Positions 1-14,606 of a DNA stretch of 64,000 nucleotides are shown piece after piece. Both the position numbers and the translations under genes were made by a program. Under the pieces are notes generated by a model that was given only the letters and a program-made list of their open reading frames with translations, was not told the DNA's origin and did not search any database. The stretch's first letter is position 1, and each line of letters opens with the position of its first letter. The stretch comes from Octopus vulgaris (lineage: Eukaryota), in the NCBI GenBank assembly GCA_951406725.2, contig OX597815.1, positions 104,160,001 through 104,224,000 on the forward strand. The letters run 5' to 3'.

Positions 1-88
1 TTAATTATACAGTTCTATATATATATTGCTACAAAGAATAAGCTAATAATGACTTCAAACTTTGGTGAGTCTCTAAAACTAAATAAAT

Positions 89-830
<742 letters not shown>

Positions 831-903
831 AGTTGCAAGGTACCACACGAGTATATAGGGAAGAGGATTTGAAAATGCAGAAGTCATTTAGAGATGTATA
901 TTG

Positions 904-945
904 ACTTGACTAGTTTCACATTTTTAAAAACAGATTATCAAAAGT
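904..945 (-). ncRNA. Degenerate minimal (Penelope-type) hammerhead ribozyme motif
   Basis: Minus strand actt-TTGATAA-tctgtttttaaaaatgt-GAAA-ctag-TC-aagt. Stem I actt/aagt and palindromic GAAACTAGTC are present; the core has two substitutions versus CUGAUGA. Confidence 0.45.
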
Positions 946-1112
946 AATATGTAAAGCTTTTTGATAATGATAAGAAAATGTTAGGAAAATATTTTTTGTT
1001 AAATAGTTTAGATGAAAGTGTTCAAAATAGGTAGTAAAATAAATTTTAATTATTTTAAGTTCATCAAAATTCATGGTTTTATAGAAGTGTATATACAGAA
1101 GGAATTATATTT

Positions 1113-2860
1113 AAGAATTTACACAGAATTTTAAGGGAATGGCCAATTTTCCATCCATTATCTTCTGTCTTGTATTGTATATAAAAGAAATGTTTGTTAT
1201 TTTTAGAGATAGCGTGGGGGGTTGGTTGGTGGGGGAGAGCATTGTGGAATCAAAAGGATCTTTTTGTTTCTGGGCTAGTCTGTCATGGTTCAGTAGTTTT
1301 TGGGACTGGTCTTAGAGTTCAAAATGGTGTGAGTGTGTGTGTGAGCCTCTGTGCACGTTTCTATGTGTGTGTATATATATGCGCTTGTGTTTGTGTGTGG
1401 GGGTTGTTTTTGATTGCTCTTAGAGTTCAGTGTGGTGTGTGCATGGGTCTGTGTATGCGTGTGTTTTATATTTAGCAGGTTGGTGCGTGTATATATGTGC
1501 ACGTTTGTGTGTATGTGTGTGTATGATTTGTATTTGTCAGGGTGCTGTGTGTGTGCATGTGTGTGTATGTGTTTGTTCGCGTGTGTGTATGTGTGCGTCT
1601 GTGTGTGTGCGTACGTATGTTTGTGTTTGTCGTGTTGGTTGGGATGTAATGTGTGTGTATGTAAATATGTGTGTGTGTCTCTGTTTGAGTGTGTCTGTGT
1701 TGTTATAATTGTCCGAGTGGTGCGTGTGCGTGTGTGCGTGTGTGTGCAGCCGCATGTGTGTTTGAGGGTGCATATGTATGTGTGTGTGAGTTTGTTGTAT
1801 TTATCAAGGGTTTTGTGTGTGTCCATGTGTGTTACATTTATCCAGGTGGTGCGTATGTGTGTGCGTGTACGTACTGTGCATCTTTGTACTGAGTATGTGT
1901 TTGTGTGTGTGTATGTATGTAGCTGTGGTTTATGTAGTCTTCGTGTGTGTGTGTGTGTGTGCACATATGCAAGCACCACATACACACTTGCACTCACACG
2001 TATACACACACACACTTCACCACAACAAATATAGCACACACACCCGAAACCTACATAAACCACACCCACATATACACACACAAACGCATACTCAGTACAT
2101 ACATGCACAGTACGTACACGCGCACACATACACACCACCCAGATAAACGTAACACACTCACACACAGAAACCTGGTAAATACAACATATTCACGCACAGA
2201 TACACACCCACACACACATACATATGCATCCTCACACATAAATGGTTGCACACACGCACCACCACCCGGACAATTATAACATCACAAACACACTCAAACA
2301 GAGACGCACAAACACATACTCATGTACTCACACATAACATCCCACCAACACGACAAACACAAACATACACACGCAAACACACAGACGCTCACATACACAC
2401 ACGCGAACAAACGCATACACACACATGCGCACACACAGCACCCTGACAAATACAAATCATACACACAAACGTGCATGCATATACACGCACCATCCTGCTA
2501 AATATAAAACACACGCATACACAGACCCATGCACACGCCACACTGAACTCTAAGACCAATCAAAAACAACCCCCACCCCACACACACACAAACACAAGCA
2601 CATATATATGCACACACACATAAAACCGTGCACAGAGACTCACACATACACTCACACCATTTTGAACTCTAAGACCAGTCCCAAAAACCACTGAACCATG
2701 AAAAACTAGCCCAGAAACAAAAAAATCCTTTTGATTCCACAATGCTCTCCCCCACCAACCAACTTCTAAAAGTAGCAAACATTTCTTATATACACACTAC
2801 AAGACAGAAGATAATTGATGGAATCGTTGGTCATTCCCTTAAAATTCTGTGTAAATTCTT
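1113..2860. repeat. Long imperfect inverted repeat (foldback); arms about 1113-1962 and 2033-2860
   Basis: Ends aagaatttacacagaattttaagggaatg / cattcccttaaaattctgtgtaaattctt are exact reverse complements. Internal unique landmarks mirror each other. The ORF track gives the same peptide (GWWGRALWNQKD..VSGLV.HGSVVFGTGLRVQNG) on opposite strands. Confidence 0.95.
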
Positions 2861-3256
2861 TGTGGTGATATCTATTGTATTATAATGGAGCAAATTGTAT
2901 AATGAACCAAATTATATCAGACCAAATTGTCTTGCACGTACGTTCGAAAATTAGGCAGTATTTTTTCCACCCCTTTGCACAGCACCAAACACCCAATTTC
3001 ATTTATGCAACTTAACCTGGTAGTATTTTTGATGCACGTATTTATGAAATTATAGGAATTTCATTATCGTTATTAATCACTAAGAATGAACGAGTAGCAT
3101 TTTATTCATTTGCATACCGGTCCTTTCCTATCACTGTATATTAGATACGTATAATTTTGCTGTGTGAATAGACTCAAGTTTCTCTGGAAAAAATTCTGGA
3201 ACAATTCGAATAGTTTCGAATGATTGTTGTACTCTCGTTGGGATGCTCTGTTCCAG

Positions 3257-3258
<2 letters not shown>

Positions 3259-3319
<61 letters not shown>
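3259..3319. repeat. (CT)n microsatellite
   Basis: Pure CT tract. Confidence 0.95.
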
Positions 3320-3323
<4 letters not shown>

Positions 3324-3751
3324 TTGTGTTTATGTAGGTCTAAAAACCGACTTGGTTAATGTTGTGTGCCTACTGCTTAACAAATAGAAGTTTTTGGAAT
3401 AACTATCGGACTAAAATAAAATTACTGTGGTCAACAAAATCGATTATGCTTTTGAAGAAAATACCCGAGAATAACCGAAAATCAACGACTGATACTAGTA
3501 CAAGAAGTAATGAACATGGGCGTGTAAGTGTATTTGTAAGCGCGTGTGAGCATGTGAGTGTGTGCGTGTATGCATATATAAATATATACTTATGCACGCT
3601 CGCGCTCAAGCACACCCACACGCACACACGTATATGCATGTATGTGTGTATGTATGTATGTATGTATGTATGTATGTATGTATGTATGTATGTTTGTATG
3701 TATGTATATGTATGTTTGTATGTATATATAACCATGGCACAAGCTATTATA

Positions 3752-5021
3752 TTGGGTTGGCAACTAAGTTCCGGCCGTTTTTTTTTTTAATTTGAGTTTT
3801 TTAAAAGGTTTAATAAAATAACAACTAATTAATCAATAATGTATTCACACTTATTGTTTACAACTTCCTCCCAACGTTCTACAAGATTTTCAATAACTCG
3901 TTGGTAGAAATCACCTGATTTCGACTCGAAAAATTGATCCAACCAAGCTCTCAATCCTGCATCAGTATTTAACGAAACTCCGCGCATAGCATTTGAAAGA
4001 GATAGAAAGAGATGGAAATCCGTTGGTGCCAAATCAGGAGAGTACGGTGGGTGTGGCAGCACTCCCCAGCCATGCGTGTAACTGGCTTCCTTGGTCATAT
4101 TGGCAATATGAGAACGGGCGTTGTCGTGCAGCAGAAGAACTCCATGCTTCCAATTAGGTCTTTTCTCTTGAATGGCCGTGTTGAACAGAGAGTACCGCGT
4201 TGACCGTTTAGTTCTGTTCAAGCAATTCGTAATGGATAATCCCTTCCCAGTCCCACCATACGCACAACTTCGTTTTACGCAGATGGAGATCTTGTTTCGT
4301 GCGCGGTGTCGCTTGTTTACCGGGGCTAAGCCATTCTTTAGGCTGCTTTATATTGATGCACAGGCACCACTTTTCGTCGCCAGTAACGATTCGGTAAAGA
4401 AATCGTTGCTTGTGTCCATGAGTTGAGCGGTGACGAGTAAGCAAACCAGCGGAGATTATGGCTCGTTGATTTTGTTGTTGTCACTTAAAGCATGCGAAAC
4501 CCAGGATCCATACTTCTGAATCTTTCCCGTCAAGTGAAGATGCTTCTCTATAGCAGTGTGGGAGCGTTCCATTTTCTCTTGTCGTTTGACGAGAATTTTC
4601 GTGCAAATGTTGGTTTAATCGCTCTTCATCGAACTCAACTGGACGGCTAGAACGAGGTGCGCCTTTGAGGTCAAAATTTCCATTTTTGAACTGGCTTACT
4701 AATCACGAGTGTGGTTCTTTCAGCTATGGCACCCTCTCCATACACAGCACAAATGTCGCGAGCAGCTTTTGCAGTCTTAGAACCTTGATTAAAAGCAAAA
4801 AGAAAGAGGTGTCGAAAATGCTCGTTTTTCTTAACTTGACATTCCATTTTAATGATCTTAAAATAGACAAAAGCTAACTGAAATTAACTAGAAAAAAATA
4901 TATATATATTCCAAAATGATTCAAAAATAGAATTCTCGAAAAAAATACTTTCCAAAATTTAAAAACGCAATAAATTCCAAAATTTCAAAAAAAAAACGCA
5001 GGAACTTAGTTGCCAACCCAA
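3752..5021 (-). mobile_element. Full-length degenerate mariner (DD34D) transposon
   Basis: TIRs ttgggttggcaactaagttcc / ggaacttagttgccaacccaa, each flanked by TA; about 1.27 kb. Confidence 0.95.
3829..4847 (-). pseudogene. Frameshifted mariner transposase
   Basis: N-terminus MECQVKKNEHFRHLFLFAFNQG; motifs IVTGDEKW, LLHDNARSH and HPPYSPDLAPTDFHLF split over frames. Confidence 0.93.
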
Positions 5022-5282
5022 TAGAAACAACGAAAGCAAACACCAAGTGAATATGACAATTAATTACAAAATATGAATAGATTTATTTTTAAAATATCAA
5101 GGAGTGTATTAAAAAATCACATTTGCAGCTACTTAAAACTAAGATTACGGAAAAAATGTCACGTTACGTGAAAAGAAAGGTTATCCACAAACATTAAACT
5201 ATAGGTAATAAACTAATAAACTCTCACACAATACACACACACACACACACACATATATGTATATATATGTATATATATATAT

Positions 5283-5329
<47 letters not shown>

Positions 5330-5338
5330 TGTATGTAT

Positions 5339-5427
<89 letters not shown>

Positions 5428-5428
<1 letters not shown>

Positions 5429-5741
5429 GCGTGGCTGTATGGTAAGAAGCTTGCTTATGGTTCTGGATTCAGTCCCACTGCGTGGCACCTTGGGCAAGTG
5501 TCTGGCTATAGCCTCAGGCCGACCAAGGCCTTGTTAGTGGATTTGGTAGACGTAAACTGAAAGCTCGTCGTACATATATAAATATGTGTGTATGTGTGCA
5601 GGTGTGTTTTCATGTCTGTGTTTGTTCTTCCACCGTCGCTTGACAACCGACGTTGGTATGTTTATGTCCCCGTAACTTAGCTTACAAACGATAAGTCTTC
5701 GGGTCGATTTCTTCGATTATAGGCAATGCTCTAACATGGTT
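5428..5741 (+). mobile_element. tRNA-derived SINE (CORE-like gcaccttgggcaagtgtc family)
   Basis: Head ggcgtggctgtatggtaagaagcttgc...ggattcagtcccactg with A/B-box-like motifs; homologous to 45905-46067 and 54378-54560. Confidence 0.85.
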
Positions 5742-5792
5742 AGTGTGTATGTGTGGCACTAACTGTGTGCGTTTGTGTGTATATAATATATA

Positions 5793-5912
5793 TATATAAA
5801 ATTTTCAGAATGAGATAAAAATCAAAGGGTGTGAAAGATTTTAGAACATTTATAAATAGGTCTGACATCTTTCACAGCCTTGGATTTTTATCTCATTCTG
5901 AAACTTTATATA
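5793..5912. repeat. Short hairpin element with about 50-bp imperfect arms
   Basis: tttcagaatgagataaaaatcaaagggtgtgaaagat versus atctttcacagccttggatttttatctcattctgaaa. Confidence 0.85.
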
Positions 5913-6053
5913 CATATACGCATGCTGATATATGGTCTACGTTGGACTCCTTATTCGCATAATTACCGAACCTGGAGCTTAACTGTAGTCTGTCCATAGC
6001 ACTTATTCAACATTACCTGACACCTTTGGGTCTTATTGACACCATTACCTCTC

Positions 6054-6101
<48 letters not shown>

Positions 6102-6339
6102 ATTATTACACTACGTAGCAATCCGACCTGATAATGAAAGTTTCTGTGTCTGTGACAATAACGATTTTTGACTAATTAACTATGATAATTGAATGCTTTA
6201 ATAGATACAAACATATATTTGAGATAATGTTCATGAAGAGCTCTCTTTCTTGTTAAACATATCGAAATCAAATATCTGGGCTTATCTGTTTATTTACTGA
6301 TAGTTGTTTTGTACGGTGATTTGTTTGCATCGTTTATAT

Positions 6340-7477
6340 TGTATACATATGTGCGTGTGTGTGTATGTGCGTGCGTGCGTGTGTATGTGTGCGTGTGTGT
6401 GCGTGCGTGTGCATATATGAGCGGTTGTATGTGTTTGTGTGAATAAGTACATAGTCCCGATACGTATCATCCACGCGCACGCATTATGTATATAGATATA
6501 CAGACAGATAGGTATATTCATACTCACAAACAGATACATACATACATATATACATACGTAAATACATACATATATGCATAGATACATATATGTATATATG
6601 CATGCATAGATACATACATACATACATACATACATACATACATACATACATACATACATACATACATGCATACATACGTTCACACACACATACAAAGAGA
6701 CAGACAAACATATGCACATGCACACTTACATATATACTTACACAAATATATACACAAATACATACTCGCAAAGCAATAAAATGTAATAAATAAACTCATT
6801 GTTTCGTTTTTGTTATTCTTCCATTCATTTTTGTTGTTTGTTTTTGTTGTTGTTGTTGTTGTTAGCAATCTGATTTCTAAATATGGCACAATTTATGGGG
6901 ACTAAACAACAACAAACTAAACGACATATACATTTACTATAAATAATTGTTTTATTTAAAGAGACCAGAGACCATTTCTGTCTATAATTTTGTTTAAATT
7001 TTATTTTCCAATAGACTGATTGTATTTTTGCTTCAAGATATTTTTTTGAAGCCTTTATAATTTTTTTATATGCTTCCAATGTTTTATTGGTAATGTTGCC
7101 GTCCTTGTTGTTGTTATTGTTATGACTGTTGCTATCGTTGTTGTTGTTCTTCTTCTTCTTCTTCTTGTTATGTACTATATATTCGTTTTGTTAAAGTCAA
7201 ATCTAATTAAAAATAATGTTTTTTAATCTTCTTTCAAGTTCAAACCTTAAAGTTCATTGCGGTTTGTTGCATCGATGTTTTCAATACATTTCATTCTCCT
7301 GCTTAGAAATACTGTCGAAGCTTTATACTTATCTATTTGTCAGATTTTAAATCGTTCCTGTCATACATGAATACATTAAATAAGAAAGTAAATAGATAAA
7401 TGAATATATAAATAAATTAATAATTGAAATTCAATTATATATATGTGTGTGTGTTCTCGTGTGTATGCATGTGTAAA

Positions 7478-7567
<90 letters not shown>

Positions 7568-7686
7568 TGTATGTCTCTGTATATATGTCTTTATATTTGC
7601 TGCTTAATGTACAAATATGTAAGCATACATTCAGTCCTTATATCCTTATATATCTATATGCACTTATATATGATTGTGTGTGTGCA

Positions 7687-7751
<65 letters not shown>

Positions 7752-7942
7752 CAATAATTCTACAACTTCGTTAAATCGAAAGACAAATTCGTTAAACCGA
7801 AGAATAAAAATAAAAATAGGACTGCATATATTTGTGTATCTGTGTGTGTTTGTGTGTGTGTGTGTGCGTGCGTGGATATATATATATATATATATGCGTA
7901 TGCATATAAGTATATGTATGTGCGTGTATATACATATATATA

Positions 7943-8008
<66 letters not shown>

Positions 8009-8105
8009 TGTATGTATGTATGTATGTATGTATGTATGTATGTATGTATGTATGTATGTATGTATGTATGTATGTATGTATTATGTAGGTAGGTATGTAT
8101 GTATA
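6340..8105. repeat. Microsatellite-rich stretch ((TG)n, (CATA)n, (GTT)n, (TA)n, (TATG)n)
   Basis: Visible simple-repeat tracts interspersed with unique AT-rich DNA. Confidence 0.9.
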
Positions 8106-9219
8106 TGGATGTTTAATAAGTTTGTATACACGATACATTAAGCAGCATGTGTTGAATGACGGGCTCAGTTACAATTTGCGGAATCAAAATATCTGACATT
8201 GATAGTGTATGTTTACTTCGAAAACTGGCCCTTCAAGCTGACATCACGGGTCTGTTTAGAGAAGCCAATTTATCGTCCAATCTTCGAATAAAGTCCTACT
8301 TTTAATATTAAATACTAGATATGCAAATAGATACATGCATATATATGCATACATAAATACATCCATATTTCTATTTATGCATACAGTTTCTTCAAATATC
8401 ACAAATATTAAACCCTGCTGTCATGTTGGTTTGTTATGAAAAATATGCCTTCGTCCAAGTAAACGTTTCCAACTCTCTGTTTTATTGGTTATCACTGATT
8501 GCATAAAAAAACAAAATAATACAATCTTCAAATCTTCAGATATACCGCTGTAGCAGTAGATCCTTAACTGCAAGGAGACTGCAACTTCTGCCCCAAGTCA
8601 TGACTTAACAAGAAATTTGACACGTATTATCGAAGTAAAATTGAATCAAAACGTTTGCTTATAATAAAAAGTCGACTACACAACGCTTTCTCATTATAAA
8701 AGTGTTTTGTGAGCACAGTAATACCTGAGTCATCAGTAAACCCTATTTATCTAATGATGTGCAGTTGTACACCATGAAGAAAAATATTTTTGTTTGAAAT
8801 TGTTACCCGTAACATTCGATTCATGTGTCATGTGTAAACCAGTAAAAATAAGTTAGGCTCTGACGACATCGTAGACAGGAGTATGTTTGCCATTACAGAC
8901 AAAGATTGCTGCCAAGCTGATCAAGCATCCGTAATACTTCACTGTTACTTAAATATCACTCAAATAATTATAACCATATTCTAGAACGTGTAATGTGTAC
9001 TTTTACCCTCATTTCTGTCACGTGAGTGTGTGTGAGAGGGGTAACACTTGTTTTCTCATTACGATCGCAGTTATTACGAGGGAGACCATCCTTTCTTCAT
9101 AATATTTGGTGGGATTGTAAGGAAAATTTGCATAGCTTCACATATTTAATGTGTGTGTATACATTTATCTATATACGTATACATGTATTTATACATATAC
9201 ACACGTATGCTTGTGTAAA

Positions 9220-9275
<56 letters not shown>

Positions 9276-9313
9276 TAGATAGATAGATAGATAGATAGTT
9301 AGATAGATAATAG

Positions 9314-9362
<49 letters not shown>

Positions 9363-9509
9363 TTATGTATGTATGCATGCATGCATGTATGTATGCATAT
9401 ATGTATGTATGTATATATGTATATATGTATGTATGTATGTGTATGTATGTATGTGTGTATGTATGTATGTATGTATGTATGTATGTATGTATGTATGTAT
9501 GTATGTATG

Positions 9510-9540
<31 letters not shown>

Positions 9541-9873
9541 GCTACTGCATCAAGAAACGACGAATATGCAGAAGAATTGAATATATTTCCTAAAGTTCAA
9601 GGAAGTAAAACTGTTCTTTGAGGAGGTAAAATTGCCCTTTGTGGTGTCATTTTCTCATCTCTGCATCCATCCATCTCTAAATCGATAAAAGTTTGTAAGA
9701 CCAAAGTGTTTTATTTGTACTTTTGCACTGATGATGAAACAGAATCCAGCGATGACGAGTTTCTGTAGGAAAACATTTAAAAGTATCAAAGTATAGTATA
9801 TGAAATACGAGTAGGCATAGAAACGCGCAAAGATATATACATACGTGTGTGTCTATATATATATGTGTGTGTG

Positions 9874-9925
<52 letters not shown>

Positions 9926-10183
9926 GAGAAAATTGAGATGACAAAAAAATAAACAAGTATGTTATGAACTTCATTAGCTTACACCTGTTTCTGCTGTAAC
10001 ATGCAATGCATTCATAATTGAGTGTTTGAGTATCATCGCAGAGCGTCAAACATAAAATGCAATTTCATCCTAACTTCTTATTACACTTTTATTGCACTTC
10101 TGTACTCGGCCACCGCTTCGTACTGAAGTAAATGTACACTGAGTTCTAACACTAGGTTATTAGCGTCGCAATGCCTAAGGGAA

Positions 10184-10249
<66 letters not shown>

Positions 10250-10792
10250 ATCTATCTATCTCTGTATGTATGTATGTATGTATGTATGTATGTATGTATG
10301 TATGTATGTATGTATGTATGTATGTCGCAAAGACTTCAAAGCTTTGCCTGTAACAGAACTGGTGTGAAAGCTATAGAGAAAATATTCTTTGGCGTGATAG
10401 TAGGGTAGATACAGGTGATGAATGAGGCAGAAATACTAAAGCGAATGAGTACAAAATAACAAAAATGTGTACGACTGGGTTATATGCCATTGTTAGGTTA
10501 AGAATGCTGTTAATGATACAGATTATTTTAAAGTTAAAATTCATAAACCAATATTCCTTTCACTACTAGTTCAGAACTCATTAAATTACATGATTGCGAC
10601 ACACCCCTATATTTGTATATATATCTGGGGTGAATATTGATTCTCATGAATATTTAGTTTTTTGTTTTTTTTATTGATAGCTTAATTGAAAGGGTTTTTG
10701 CTATATTTTATAATAAAGAGAAAGAAATTGAATTCGATGAATAAAGCGTAGGAAAATGTGAATTAGTTTCTAAATTTTTGAAAACTTCTGTG

Positions 10793-10927
10793 TGGTGGAT
10801 TGGCATAAGCGTTAGAGCGTTAGAGAAAATGCTTTGCTTTATTTATTCCAACTATGTATAAACTGAGTTCAAATCCCGACGAGGTCATCTTGCTTTTATT
10901 CTATTGTGTCGATAAGAAAAAGGTACT
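10793..10927 (+). mobile_element. Degenerate tRNA-derived SINE
   Basis: ttggcataagcgttagagcg...ctgagttcaaatcccgacgaggtc...gtcgataag, homologous to the 13865 family. Confidence 0.6.
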
Positions 10928-10991
10928 TTTCAGTTATATATGTATATATATATATATACGATATGTATGTATATACGTATCTGTATATGAA

Positions 10992-11038
10992 GACAGACAG
11001 ATAGACAGACAGACAGATAGATAGACAGACAGACAGAC

Positions 11039-11105
<67 letters not shown>

Positions 11106-11136
11106 TAGATAGAGAGATAGATGGATAGATAGATAG
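10992..11136. repeat. (GACA)n/(GATA)n microsatellite
   Basis: Visible. Confidence 0.95.
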
Positions 11137-11358
11137 AAGTATACATATAATAATGAGTGACAATGTCTGAGGAAATATGTGAGAAAATAAGCGAGCGAGA
11201 TTATTCCCTTGACACTAAAATAATTTATAATCACGAAAATCAATGTCATCTTAGATTAATTATGCGCTGCTATATTTCTACAGACAATACTACAATGAGT
11301 ACAAACGTTGATTATATATTAAGTGCTATGTCAACTAGTTTAGCTAATAAACGTGTAT

Positions 11359-11557
11359 TCAATCCCTCGAAAATTTTGGGGCAAGGAGGATAGTCGATTA
11401 CATCAACTCCAGTGCGGAACTGGTACTTATTTCATCGACCCCAAAAGGATGAAAAGCAAAGTCGACCTCGTTAGAATTTGAACTCAGAACGTAGCGGCAA
11501 ACGAAATAACGCTAAGTAATTCGCCCGGCGTGCTAACGATTCTGCCAGCGCGCCGCC
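11359..11557 (-). mobile_element. tRNA-derived SINE with Meta/Sauria-like core
   Basis: Minus: ggcggcgcgctggcagaatcgttagcacgccgggcg...gagttcaaattc...gtcgactttgcttttcatcc..ggggtcgat. Confidence 0.88.
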
Positions 11558-12297
11558 ATATTTAAGAGAATAATAGAATACCAATGGTATGAACAAAAGA
11601 ATGAGGTAATCTATATTAATATAGGTTTGTGTTCGCAATTCTGAAAACGTTCCTGAATACATGGACCGAGAAAAAAAGCCTGAGAATACAACGACTGAAA
11701 CATCGAGACGATAACAAGCAGAATTAGGATATAGCCCCAATATATATCAATGTACAAAAATCGTAATTTCTTGTTTAAAAAATTTCAAATAAAAACAATC
11801 AGCCTAGACGGACACATACATATAAGATACTTAAGCATGAAGAAATTTTATCACTTATAAGATTTACTAGTTCTAAATGTTAATATAATGTACTCTACGA
11901 AGAGCATCATTAATTTGTAGGAAATAATAACACCCACGAACACGTACACATTCGACATCTATCACATTTCATTTTTTGGTCGCTTTCTCAAGACCTCACC
12001 TCATCCCTTCTGTCACACCGAACAACTAAATTTCTCCTTTATCAGAGATTTAACAGCCCTTTCTTTGACAAAGATATGAAACAGTTTTCCTGTCTTCTTC
12101 TTGTGACACCTTTCAACATATATTGAGTTTTTTGTCAGTTAATATGTTATGGTTTATATGCATGACTGAATGTGTGTGTGTGTGTATGTGTGTGTGTGTT
12201 CGTGTGTGCGTGTGTGTGCGCGCGAGCGCGTGTGTGTATGCATGTATATCTCCGAATATATAGAAAAATAAGACCACCCAAACTTACTGTACGCTTT

Positions 12298-12341
<44 letters not shown>

Positions 12342-12345
<4 letters not shown>

Positions 12346-12887
12346 GTTGTCCGGAAAGTCCGTGCCGATTTGTAAAGGTGAGAAAAAGGTCAATAAATAC
12401 TTACCAGTACATTTTTTAAGCAACCTAATATGAACCATTTTGTTGCACAATGTGTCTCCATCTTTCCTTTAACTTGAAAATATTCTCTTCCCAGAACTGA
12501 GGTGGTTTCATGGCAAAGAATTCATCAAGGAATTGAAATTTTTACCATTAAGACTATTCTGCAGAGATATGAATAAGTGGAAATCCAAAGGAGCAATATC
12601 TGATGAATATGGAGGGTGGGGGTAACACATCCCAGTCGAACTGCAGCAATTTTTGTCTGGTTCCCAAAGCATCAAGTGCCAAAAATGAACTTTCTTATTT
12701 TCCATTTTAAAGGGTTACAGAATTAACACAGGTCATAGGAGTATAAGCCTTCTTCCACGAAAACATAGCTTAAACTGTGCTCTAAATGGAGGTGTAGTCA
12801 AATCCTATTTTATGGACTCAACCATGTTCTAAAATAAGTCGAAAGGCAAGGTACTATAAATCGACACGAACTTTCCGGGCAATCCAA
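12342..12887 (-). mobile_element. Internally deleted mariner (non-autonomous)
   Basis: TIRs ttgggttgtccggaaagtccgtgccga / tcgacacgaactttccgggcaatccaa flanked by TA. ORF 12508-12705 fuses the N-terminus MENKKVHF.HLML to HPPYSSDIAPLDFHLF. Confidence 0.92.
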
Positions 12888-13864
12888 TATGTGTGTGTGT
12901 GCAGATTCATGTATACATATATAAATGTTTCAAAAGGTATATATATATATATATATATACGTACATATCTACACATATATTTACATACATGCATATATGT
13001 GTGTGTGTGTGTGTGTGTGTGTAAATATACATGTCTGTGTATGTGATATATATATATATATACATATATATATTCGAATGGATGGTAAAGACTTCTGGAT
13101 TGTTGTTTGTATGTGTATGTGTGCCAGTGTGAATGTAGAGTGAGAAAGAATGGGAAAATTAGCAAGAAGGATTATTTCCTAAATTTGATGTATTTTTATA
13201 TAAACTTAAATACATATTAATATGATTACAATTCATACGTATGCAATTTATCTGTCGCACATTCTGCTATATGTGAAACATTCTATTCTGTGATTCACTC
13301 CTATTATATCTGTGTGAGAGAAACTTTTTTTAAACTAATGTTATCACCAATTTTATTATAACGTAGAGCAAGATAACATCTATTGCTGCTGTTTTTGGTA
13401 GCTAATCTTTCTTTTTTTTATCCTTATGTTGTCAATTTTACCTGGTGTTAACGGGCCAACAAGGGAATACCTTGTCGCTCAGCCTACAAGAAACAACAGC
13501 CAAATCTCTTAACTTACACTCTACTGTCTTTAAAATCACATCAAAGAACAGGTTGAATATTGAAGTATGACTTGCTTTATCTTTGGTCATAGGTCCGTTG
13601 AATCAGAGTCGATAAAAAGAACTAAAGCAACAGGGATACATCAACTCGAACTTCAAAGAATAGAAGCAAAATCACCTTCAACTCACATGCTGTAGTCTCA
13701 AATAAAGGATACGTTGGACAATAGGCTATACAAAAAGAAAGAATGGTCACGGCTGAAACGATTTTGATCAGTGATGTCTTACCTTAATCAGCATTGATTT
13801 GTGTCTAAGCCACAGCAATAACACGACAACAGCAACGGCAATTATTGATATTAAGGAAGATGAA

Positions 13865-14075
13865 GGCGGCGAGCTGGCAGAATCGCTAGCACGCCGTGCA
13901 AAATGCTAAGCGGCATTTCGTCTGTCTTTACGTTCTGAATTCAAATTCCACCGAGGTCGACTTTGACTCTCATCTCTTCGGGTCGATAAAATAATTACGA
14001 GTTGAGCACAACGATCAATGTAATCGATTCACCTTGTCCCTCGATCTCGCTGCCCTTCTGCCAAAATTTGAAATC
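13865..14075 (+). mobile_element. tRNA-derived SINE with Meta/Sauria-like core
   Basis: ggcggcgagctggcagaatcgctagcacgcc...gaggtcgactttgactctcatctcttcgggtcgataaaat...gccaaaatttgaaa. Confidence 0.88.
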
Positions 14076-14284
14076 AGCATTAAGGATGACGATTGAACAA
14101 GTAAAGTCACTGTTGAAATGAACTATATATTACATCCCATTCTGATGTCAATAAAATACCAGTCCAGTATTGTCGACTGAACTGACTTCACATTCCACCT
14201 CAAACAGAAGGTCCTTCTTATAAATTACTAGGGATTTTGGTGTTACTATTATTTCCGTTGTAATTTTGACAGGTTTGTTATTAT

Positions 14285-14330
<46 letters not shown>

Positions 14331-14334
<4 letters not shown>

Positions 14335-14606
14335 TAAAACGGTAAGATAACAAAAGAAAGAAAGAGACCTCAATATTATGTAAATAGAGGAAATTTATCT
14401 ATACAATAATATGTTACATTACTCGATAGTCAAGATAAAACTCTGAGTTTCAGATGCCGAAGTGGAAATCCACAACACCATCTCGACACGAACTTTCCGG
14501 ACTATCCAATAGCCAGATAACCGAAGAGATGGTGTTGTGGATTTCCACTTCGGCATCTGAAACTCAGAGTTTTATCTTGACTATCGAGTAATGTAACATA
14601 TTATTG

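Noticed and set aside
1290-2165. 291-aa His/Thr-rich ORF
   Set aside because: Arises from the CA/TG-rich arms of the inverted repeat.
3178-3222. Cluster of TTC/GAA motifs resembling a heat-shock element
   Set aside because: Spacing does not give three in-phase nGAAn units, and no gene is identifiable nearby.
9728-9741. ctgatgatgaaac hammerhead-like core
   Set aside because: No room for stem II and no stem I/III pairing.
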